From the NCBI GenBank assembly GCA_951406725.2, contig OX597824.1:43772001-43836000 (forward strand): a DNA stretch of 64,000 nucleotides, given 5' to 3'. This document shows positions 27,979 through 39,887 of this stretch, one piece after another. How positions within the stretch are numbered: position 1 is the first letter of the stretch; every line of letters begins with the position of its first letter. The notes beneath the pieces are model-generated. The model worked only from the letters and a program-made list of their open reading frames with translations. It was not told the origin of the DNA and did no database searches. Made by a program: the position numbers and the translations under genes. This DNA comes from Octopus vulgaris (Eukaryota).

Positions 27979-30578
27979 TATTATTATTATTATTATTATT
28001 ATTGAAAGGATAGAACATCAGATTTCTAGTTCCTGTTTCATTATTTAGTATATCTTTTTCAAAAGGTGTTGTAAGTTACTGATACTTTCTTTTTCTTGCA
28101 CATGGTTACAAATGTAGTGTTGAGCACTAATTTTCAATAGTCAATAGTCAATAAAAATCAGCCACTTCGTACTTGTTTTATAAATCCTATTGTAGTGCAA
28201 TCAAAATGATCTTTGGCTAGATTTCATCTCACAAGATAGAGGAGGAAAGCGTAAAGTAAATCATGCTAAGTTCTTAGTAAAGTGGTCTTCCATTTCTGCC
28301 ATTTCATCACACAAATATATTTCTGGTCATGAAAAATATGAAACTTTCAAAAATAAATGATAGTTTACAAATAATAATTGTGTAATTTGTATTATACTTT
28401 TAATTACTTGATTGCAAATCACTGTCTTTAGTTGTTTTAATCAATTTTTTTCTCTATTTCATTACATTAATCTTTTAGGAATCCATTAGTAGTGGTGGTT
28501 CCGATTGTGAAACCGCTAAAAAGAAGAATTATGCGAATAATCCCTTTCTTTGTCCAAGTTCAAGTGCATCTAATGTTGTGGACATGAAGGGTAAGTATTC
28601 TCTTCTATTAAGATTTTCCTCTTTAATTAAATCTCTCTTTCTCAAACTATCTATTTTTTTGTTATTTGCATGTACGTGTGTGTGTGTGGATGGGGGGGTA
28701 TGCATTTAAACACACAAGAGGTAACAACTAATATTTTGTACTACATCCATTATGTATACATTAATGAGCATAGAAGTATGCTTAAACCAGCCTAATCTGT
28801 TTTATATGTGCAACTCTAATTCAGTATACATCCCATAGTACTTCATGAGTCTGGATTTTAGATCATTGCCACCTACTTTAAAGATAGATCAAGGTTTCCT
28901 CAACTGGAAGTTTTTCTTTGCTGTTTGTCACTTCCGATTTTCCAATATTTTACCCCAAAGAAAAGGATACTGCATGCATGGAAAAATATGTATGAAGATT
29001 CTAATAGTTTGTTTTTCAAAAGTTATGAACCAAAGTGTTGAATGGTTACTTTGACAGAAAATCATTCACTAGGATTGTATTCCTCAAATTCAGATAACAA
29101 ATATGGAATGATTGAAGCAAATTCAATATGGACTGATTAATATAATTTGTTGAGCAAAATTTGTGTGTTTGAGAAAGAGGAAGCTTGTTTCCTTTTTATA
29201 TAAAACATATATGTATATATAAAAATAAACAGCTCAAGCAGCACTACACATGTTTCAGTATATATATATATATATATATTTAGTGAGGGAAGAAATGGAG
29301 CTGAACTTTGCAGCCTTTGAAACATATGTAGAAAATAATAAAAAGGAACTTTGTAAAATCTTCGTTCAGCTCCATTTCTTCCCTCACTAAATATATAAAA
29401 CTTCAAATTTCCGCACTAAGGCACGGTTTTGAGACCCCATGGTCGTAACCTCAACCGTGATTTTTCTGTTGTGATTTTTGCTACCCAGGTATTGGTTATA
29501 ATTTGAATAATCCGTAACAAGATAATTCATTTATCCATTTCAATAAATATATATATATATATACGTAAATATCAAACAATGAAAATTAGTGCTCAACACT
29601 ACATTGATGGATAAAAATTCCTTGTTTATTAAGGCTACCCTAACCCTAATTCACTCTGCCAGAAATTTGTAAATGACATGCTGTACTGCTTGACATTCAT
29701 ACTAGAAGCTCCAATACGAACATTTCAGAGTGTTTGGGTGTCAATCTGAGGACAGTGCAGGGGATTCAGAAAGAGTCTAATGGGTGATTACAGAGGTATA
29801 GCAGTTCAGAAAACTTACTCTGGTCATTCTGATAAGAAAAGGGTGAGATGCAGGCCATGATTGACAACAATCCTTCCAAGTCAGTCAGGTCCATTGCCAG
29901 GGACATGGGAGTGTCTGAGTTTCTTATCAGGCAGGTAGTGCTTGAAGACATTCGGTATTCCTCATACAAGATGAGAAAGGGCCAATTTTTATCGCAAGCC
30001 ATCAAGGACAAGAGGAAAAACTGTCCTATGAAGCTTTTGAGCAAACTCAAGCATCCCCTCCAACTGAACGTGCTTTCATTTTTCTCAGATGAGAAAAATT
30101 TCTGCCAGGATCAGATGATGAACACACAGAAGAACTGTTGACTTGCTGTGTCCCCAAAACATGTACTGGGAGTGATAAAAGTCAAACACCCAGTCAACAT
30201 TATGGTGTTTGGAGTGATCATTAGTAATGGTGACATTATGCCTCCATTGATTTTCCCACACAGCCTCAGACTCATTGATTATTATGTATGGGGCACAGTT
30301 GAGACCAACAAAACTCCTTGTAACACCAAAGATGAACAGAAGGCAAGGGTTATGGCAGCATTCACCAACTTAAACAAGGAGACTGTCCAGAAAGTTGCAG
30401 GAGATTCTGAAGTCATCTGGAAGTTGTGGTCAAAACCAATGGCGATTTCATTGAATAATTTTACTCTTTAGTATTTCAAAATATTTTTATGTAACTTTGG
30501 TAACTATATCTCTTAAAATGAGATGTCAGTGTTGTTTTCATTTTTGTGTAATTTAGATGTCAATTTTTTCACCACACC

Positions 30579-30613
<35 letters not shown>

Positions 30614-31469
30614 TGGCAACTCCGGTACTCAGGCTGTTTGAGCTTAGCTGAGTATAAATTTAGTAAAGTTAATGTGTATTTGCAAGCTGATTTAATTTCT
30701 GCCAACACTGACTTCAAGAATGTAATTGCAGCCAATAACTCAGGCTCCTTTTATTGAGCCTGGTCACAGTTCATTTATTTTCATTCAGCATCTGGCGATC
30801 ATCTTCGAGGTGCCTTGTGTCAAAAAATATCATTCATAGCAAATGTTCCCTCAAAATTATTCACACACACCTGACTCAGGCTCGGTTGTTACAGCCCAAG
30901 TTGTTATCTATAATTATAAAAATTAAAAGTAATTAAAATTCAATGTTTTCTTGAAACAATAAATTTCTATAGAGATTAAGATTTAAATTCCAATCTATGA
31001 AAAATTTCCATTCTACTATATTCTTAAAAGAACAAGAAATTATCCAGCAACTCAGGCTAATATGAATGAGTCTGAGAGGTGTAAAAGACTAACTGGCATC
31101 TCTTGTCAAGAGTACAGGCAACAATCAGATCACTGATGTTTGTTGTGCACTCCCCTGTCGTTATTTGATTGTTGTTATTCTGTGCATCTGTGTGCAAAGA
31201 TCACTTGTGTTTAGCATGGTTGCTTTATTTTAAGCCTTAATTTAGAAATGGAGAAATACATAGTGCTAGATATAAAAAAAATAAGCCATTTGGGGCTAAA
31301 AATATTGCAGAAAAATGTGAAATTCTTTGAGCAGGCATGTGTTTTATGTGAAATCTGTGATGAGCCTGAGTGACAAAACCTGTGATGAGCACAAGTGATG
31401 AAATCTATGATGAGCCTGCGTGACACTGATAATCTGGAGTTGCCTCAGATATATATATATGTATGTATG

Positions 31470-31557
<88 letters not shown>

Positions 31558-32934
31558 CATCTTTACATTTCCAGTTGAAGATTTTATCGAAAGTCACATC
31601 CAAAATATAACTTCTCCACTTTTATTATTTTTAATCCAATTCTTACCAATACAGACCTAATTCTATAAGTAACCTTGAATATATAATGAAAGTATATGAA
31701 GCTGCATGTTTGATGTTTTCAAGTTAACTCTTTTAACACGTACTTTCTCATCCTATTTCAGATGTCATGGTTTTGAAAGATTTAATAAACCATGCGTCGG
31801 GCGCAAGATCAAGTAAGTCTTTGTTGTTTTTTAATCATTTCTCTATTGATATTCTTATCCTTGGAACATTGTTCAGCTTTTTCCCTGATTTACTATACTC
31901 ACTTAAAGCACTCTTTGTTGAAACCAGCTACTAAATGATCTATGATATAAATATTTTTCTTTATCCTTTCAGTTCTGCATTTCCTACACTTTCTTTTTTT
32001 TCTTCTTTTTCTTTTGCATTCTTATGTATCATTTACATTCTGCTTGGTAAATCATGCCAATTTCTCATCCCTTATAGTTTATTACAATTAGTCAGCTATT
32101 CAAAAATAAGATTTCTTTGGAAATCTGGTGCACATTTTTTGTAAGGCTGGGTGATGTTTAGACTCAGTATGCTCTGCTTTCTTAACTTATTTTTAATTTT
32201 ACTATCAATCCTTTTGGACAAGAATACATCAACTTCTTCCAGAAGATAACCACAATCTGAATAACCAGAGAGGGAAAGAGAAGTGAGATGAGAGAGTTGT
32301 CTAATTTTTTTTTATAAGCATGAAATTAAATCTTTTAAAGATTTATTGCTTCTCTCAATCTTACAGCCTAGCAGAAACTACTAATGTAACATAGCTCTGC
32401 TCCATCAGAGATGAGCTGGAGCTGTATATCAGCTTCTTTCATTGAAGTTTTCTTAATTTCTCTGGCTCCCTCCAGTAGTGGAAACAACCAGCCTTGCTGG
32501 TTTGGATAATTGTGAAACACTTATACCTGTTTAAGTTTGTTAGGCCAAGAATATAAATTAAAAGTTTCTCATTCCAGATATATAGCAGAATACAAGACAA
32601 CTGGAAATACTGATGACTTGACTGAAAATAGCAACTCAGAGGAAAAGTTGCTGCTTCAACATGAACCAAAACAAATCAATCATAACTTGGGTCCTTTTCC
32701 CCTTACAAAAATATATGCATCAAACAATGTTGGTAGCTTCAGCAATTTTTCAACAAATACAAAAGATAAAATACTTGTTCAAGAACTAAAATAACAATAG
32801 GCTTTTAAAAATTATATTACTAAAACCATTTAGCAATCAAATTTTTCATTGTATATATTCATACATGCAGTTATGTTTTGAAGGTGAAAATGGCTCTTCA
32901 CAATGTAATTGCATATATGCATATGCACATGCAC

Positions 32935-32990
<56 letters not shown>

Positions 32991-35900
32991 ACACACACAC
33001 AAAATCACCTTGGCTCTGTCTACTATATAGTGACTGAAACACATGCCAACATCACTTCATCATGAAGATGAGACAACAATACAACAAACTGCAAGGAACT
33101 CATACAAAAATATGAAAAAGCCATAAAAAGGGAACTAGAATAGAGACATAAATTCAATGCAACATATAAATACATTCATTTATGTGTTTGTGTGTGTGTG
33201 TGTATGTGTATGTGTAGCTGTGGGTGTGTGGGTTTGGGTGTGTGTGTGTGTGTATTGGAGATTTAGGCACACAGTTTTTGTGTAGATTTCTAAAACAAAG
33301 ATATAATGTTGGATTAGTATTATTATTGTCATCATTATTAAGGCAGTGAGCTAGCAGAATTGTTAGCATGCCTGGCGAAATGCTTAGTAGTACTTCGCCC
33401 ATCACTACATTGTGAGTTCAAATTCCACCAAGGTCATCTTTGCCTTTCATCCTTTCAGGGTTAATAAATTAAGCACCAGTGAAACACTGGAGTCGATGTA
33501 ATCGACTAGTCCCCTTCCCATAAATTTCAGGCCTTGTGCCTTTAGTAGAAAAGATTATTATCATTATTATTACTACTACTACTGCAAAAATATTTGACAA
33601 AAATATAGTTACAAATCATTAGTGTATATCAGAAAGTTGACAAATTCAGCTTGCACTTACTAACAAAACCTAACAAGGCCCACAAAATTCCCAATTTTGA
33701 CAAATATATGAAAAGAAACCGCACTAAAAACACCATATCTTAATTTTGAAACACTTGCTGCATTACAATATAGTAGTAACAGCTTTTCCTTATATCACTT
33801 TCCATATATAGCTTTAATCATATGCAACTCACCTTAAGTGCCATTGCATTATTTTTTGGATATGTTATAAAAAGAATTAAACATTGTTTTAATGTATTTT
33901 TAGTGAAATTACATATAGCAATTATTATGCATTTGTGTGTATGTGTATGCTTAATATATTTGAGTGTGTGGATAGGTGTGCTTATTTGCAGGAATGTATG
34001 CAAATAGATAAAATATGAAATCATGGAAATATATGTACATGGTTGGGAATGTGTTTATTTAGTTTTGCATGTGCAGGTACAAAAATAGAAGACATAGTGT
34101 AAAAATAGATGCATGTGTAGTAAATAACAACAGATATATATATATATAGTTTGTATGTACATTTTTTTTTTGTTCATACTGTTAGTAGATGTTTCCTTTA
34201 TAATAGAATAAGAATAATAAAATGACATGATTCTTGTTAAAATATAGTCAGAGGCACTCATTAGTAGTATGCTTATCTCCTTGTAGATTCAATTAGGCAA
34301 TTGTATGTAATGTATGGCTTAGTCAGAAAAGAATGGGCCATGGCCATGACTTTTTTGCAGGGCTTTCAAGATTGGTGGAGTAAAGAGAAGGAACCACACC
34401 TCATTCTTTGCTACAATATAAGCAGGATATCAAGGAAAATTATTATTTTGGAAAATTATCTTTTGCTTTCCTGTAAGGCCAAGAGTTGAGGCAACAGATT
34501 AAGCCTAACAATAGCAAATGCAACCAACTTACAGGCTTCCACATAATTCCCATCTACCCACTTTCATTTACAGGGCTTGGTTCTACCCAAGATTTTTGGT
34601 AGATGACTCTTTCCCAAGATTTTATACAGTGGAATTGAACCTAAGACTATATGATTGTGAGATGGATCATATTACATATTTATTTTGATTGTGGTGGATC
34701 AAACTTTTACTGGAATATTCAGACTTTCAAAAAGTTCAAATACATCTGCATCCATTATGTCTTTCAGCTTTTTGGCAAAGTTGTTTCCATCAATTAGCAT
34801 TTTATACTTGTATGGTATGATATAATACCTCTGGGGAAGATAGTATTTTTTAGTAAACTGTTTTATGAATTCTCAATAAGTTTTTACACTGTATATCTTA
34901 CATAAGTTCAGCTATCTGATTAGTTCACAAATTCAAACAAGTTTGGTCCAAATGTCAGTACTTTCATTTCTCCCATGTCATATGAACTTATCCAAAATTG
35001 TGAACTTTCAATGAGTTTCTTTTTTCTCTTTTTACATCACAAATCAACTCTTGGTTGCCTCAGATCCCATTCATATTTGCTACATAATTGTCAGGTTCTT
35101 ACTTACTGATACATACCCACGCATAGCTTTCTGTTGAGGAGGGATGAAGAGCATGTTCTGAGGAGAGTGATTGCATTTGAGGTAAATGGAGCACAAAAGT
35201 GAGGTATACTGAGGAAAAGCTGGAGGGAACAGGTGGAGGAGGAGATTGGGAGGGTTGGTTTGAAAAAGGAGGATGTCCAAAACCAGGTGAAATGGTGTGA
35301 GGGTGGTTGCTATGGCATTGAAGTAGATGCGGTCACCCCCATTAACAGGGACAAAACCCAGATTTAAAACACTGGATGATGATGATGATCTCCTCCGAGT
35401 TTGTATTCAGGTCAAGTTATTTCATTGCTTTGAGATTGCATTAAACAGTTTTTCTGAAGTGTTAAGGTTACTAGGAACTTTGGAATATTAACATTGGAAA
35501 TATTCATTTCTGCAACACTTTTTAGAAGATACTGCCTGAGAGATAAGATGTGGCAATTTATTTGTTATTGCTGCTGTGAAATTTGCCAACCCTGTCATGT
35601 ATCCCAAAAAATGATCATAATATATGAGAAATTGAACATGCATCTATTCTATAAGCCTCCAAAATTCTTCAAATAATCAGTTAAACACTGATTGAGCTGC
35701 ATTTCTCCTTATTTTATAGACAATCTTACATGTAGACTAAATTAATGTAAGTGTGAGTAGAAACATAAAATCACTGTTACTGGTGTTTCAATTTTCATGT
35801 TTGTCAATGAATAAATATACAAGTCAATGAACAAATATACAAGTCAATGAATAAACATACAATCATTCCTTCTCCTTCTTCAAAAGCATAATTAGCTATT

Positions 35901-36326
35901 CTCTCTGTATTTTTCACCTTTCTGGTACCAGCTAAGTGAAGCAGAGAAATTTAGTTCCTGTGATAGGATAAGAAGTTTACAATATTCAGTTGAAAGACCA
36001 TCATGTATATATGGTAACTACTTATAGATATATCCATATGTTACTTAATGTCCCTATATAATAATAGAGTGAAGTTTACATTTGCTATGTGATTTTGTAT
36101 GCATGTGTTTGTATGAAAGCAACAGTCATTATTACCTTTAAACTTAAAATCACTATGATATATATTTGATGCAGTATTATTTTAGACATATAAATTGTAG
36201 ATTATTTTTACATATACATATGTATATTATATTATTTTAAATATATAAATGTAAAATGTGTGCATGAATATATATATATTTACACATATATATATGTATG
36301 CATATATATGCATGTGTATATGTGTT

Positions 36327-36381
<55 letters not shown>

Positions 36382-37332
36382 GTATCTATAACCTCACATC
36401 TGTATGCACACACATACATACATGTACATGCACACATGCACACAACTCTCATGCGCACATACACACACACACACACACACATTTGCACTCACACAGCTGA
36501 AGCTAAATTACCAACATATAAAGTTTGAGTGACATGACTTCCATATTTTTATGTGTAAATTTTCTTTGTTATTACATTTGTTCACCTTTACTTGCAGGTT
36601 CTGTCAGTTCAACATCTTTACTTGCAGGTTCTGTCAGTTCAACCGCTTCTCAACCTGAGTTGCTTAAGGACAAATTGTTCCGAATTTTCTGTGCTTGGGA
36701 TTGCTGGCCGCCCTTTAAGACATTGCAGGGATATATTGGATTTTTCATTATGGATGCCTTCGTGGATCTGTTTATAACATTGTGCATCGTATTAAATACC
36801 GTTTTTATGGCTATTGATCATTACGATATGTCGACAGGTCTACAAGATGCTTTAGAAATGGGCAACTATGTAAGTATTTTTCAAAGTGAAAATATATTCT
36901 GATGCATAAACACACATGGTAGAGCAACAGACTTTGCAATATTTAGTCTTATCCCTCAGTTTTCTAATTTCATGTCTGACCACAATCAATTTTGTTTTTC
37001 ATGCCTCTGCGTAAAATAAGTATACATAATGTAATCAAATGAATAAACTATACCCTTCTCCCACAAAACTGCAGTCTTGTGGCAATATGACAATTATTAT
37101 TATCATCATTATTATTATTAAGATAGTGAGCTAGCAGAATCGTTAGCACACTGGGCAAAATGTTTAGCAGTATTTTACCCATCACTACATTCTGAGTTCA
37201 AATTCCACCAAGGTCTACTTTGCTTTCAGCCTTTGGGGGTTGATAAATTAAGTACCAGTGATACACTAGGGCCAATGTAATCGACTTACCCTCTCCCCCA
37301 AAATTTCACTCCTTGTGCTTCTAGTAGAAAGG

Positions 37333-37376
<44 letters not shown>

Positions 37377-37565
37377 GGCAGTGAGCTGGCAGGATTTTTA
37401 GCACTCTGTGTTGCTGCATTCTGAGTTCAATTTCTGTGGAAATCAACTTTGCCTTTCATCCTTTCAGAGTCGATAAATTATGTACCAGTGAAACACTGGG
37501 ATCAACATAACCGACTGGTCCCCTCCTACTAAATTTCAGGCCTTGTACCTCTAATAGAAAGGATG

Positions 37566-37619
<54 letters not shown>

Positions 37620-39837
37620 TATACATATATATATATATCATTTATTTAAACTTTTTTTAACTAAAGTTTTTTGTTTCACTAAATTGAAAGTAAATTCTAT
37701 TTTTGCTTCATAGCTACCAAATAATAGATATTCATCGACTTTGCAAATATTTAGATTTTCACACTCATCCTACCCATCTAGCATTAGAAAATGTGATGTC
37801 AAACAATGAAAAAAAGAAAATATGTTTGCATACAAAGAATTGATCTTAAGAATTAGTTATTTATGTCAATTTATTATTTTAACATAGATATCATTTTATG
37901 CTAACTTTTAGGTTTCTGATTTGATGTATTCTGTTATGTTTTCCAGGTTTTTACAGCTGTTTTTGCAGCTGAAGCCTTCCTAAAAATTCTCGCTCTCGCG
38001 CCGTCAACCTACTTCAGAGACCCTTGGAACATCTTCGATTCTTTCATTGTATTTTTAAGTTTAATGGAACTGGGATTAGAGGGAGTACAAGGCTTATCTG
38101 TTTTACGGTCTTTCCGATTAGTGAGTATATTTTGTTTTGAATGTATTCTACTATTTAATATAATCAATCCATAAGAGTTATATTGACTGTTTATAAAACT
38201 TTTGTCAAAGCACTCTCAGAATTATTCTTAAAAAAACTTATTTCTATTTATATTAATAATTATGAACAAAATTTTAGCTTATCTGATTTACACAGATTTA
38301 ATTCTTTCTTTGTTTTTCTATTGCAGCTTCGAGTGTTCAAACTCGCAAAATCTTGGCCTACCTTAAATATGTTAATCGGCATTGTAGCCGGAACTATGGG
38401 TGCCCTCGGTAACCTGACACTTGTGTTGGGCATCATAGTGTTCATCTTTGCTGTCATGGGACAGCAATTATTTGGAGAAAAATATGAAATTCTATCGAAT
38501 TTTGAAGATCATGAACTCCCTCGATGGGGTTTTAGAACCTTTTTGCACTCATTCATGATTGTATTTCGTGTATTGTGTGGCGAATGGATTGAATCCATGT
38601 GGATGTGTATGAAAGTATCTGGATATGCCTGCGTACCATTCTTCTTACTAACCATGATCATTGGCAATCTTGTAGTAAGTATTATCACTTTGTTACTCTT
38701 TGTTTCATTTATTCAACATTAATTAAGTTTTCTCTACAATCCATAAGAGCTCAGAGACCTTTACATATTTATTGCCTTCTTGCTTCAGGCAAGGCTCATT
38801 ACTTTACATGCTTTATTTCTATCAACTTGAACAGAAGCAGATCATCATATCTGACAACTAAATTAAGAAACCACTCAATTAAAAGCAAACATTCTAATAA
38901 TTCCTTCCTCCAATAACAAATACAGAACAGTAAAACATGTTTTGAAAAACAAGAAAAGGTAAAAACAATAACTATAAATCAAGATTAAGCATGTTTTTAT
39001 AGGGGGTATCATATTTGAGAACATTTTTTAAACAATAAGATGATTCTTTTGAACTTACCATTGTTGTAAAAATATGTTCAACGTATTTAAGCTGTTGTTT
39101 ATTAGATAATTTTACAGATGATACCCTTTGTACAATTTAACCTTTTAACAATGAAAGAAATTGAGTAATGAGCCTTGCTCCAGGAACACCCCATATATTT
39201 AATTTCTCTTTTTATTTCAAACCAGTTCTAAAAAAAGCCTTTTGTTTGATATGTTGTTGTATAAATATGTTCAGCATATTTAAGCTGTTGCTTATTAAAT
39301 AATTTTACAGCTGATACCCTGCGTACAACTTAACCTTTTAACAATGAATGAAGTTGAGTAATGTGCCTTTCTCTAGGAATACCACACTTATTTAATTTCT
39401 CTTCTTATTTCAAACCAGTTCTAAAAAATGTCTTTCATTTGATATATTGTTGTAAAGAGGAAGAAAACTTCTTCATAACAAATTAGAATCTTACTACAGT
39501 TCTGTTGTAGTGAAAATGGTACTCCCCTTCCCACATGACAGAGTGGTATAAGCCAGCCTCTATAATATATATATATATTTTGGGTTCGCTACTACTTTGT
39601 TATCTCCCCTACTTCTTCGCTCTCCTGTGTGACCCTTATATCCGGCATTCACCATGAGATATTGGTAGCCACTACACACATTTTTTTAATCTCCTTGTTT
39701 CTTTCTGTGTTCCTTTATGTGGAAGAGCGTAGGCTCGAAACGTTAAAGACTTTTTCAATTCCCAAGCATTATACTAATACATCTGTTTGTTTTCTACACC
39801 ACCTGTCTTCGTCTTTTGTTTTTTCATGAATTCTCTG

Positions 39838-39887
<50 letters not shown>

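Noticed and set aside
33342-33430. tRNA-like A/B boxes
   Set aside because: They are SINE heads with no complete cloverleaf, so not called as tRNA genes.
37947-37968. Additional acceptor-like AGs (ttttacag, tttttgcag) at the exon start
   Set aside because: They are out of frame (offsets 10 and 22) and explained by the VFTAVFAA codons.
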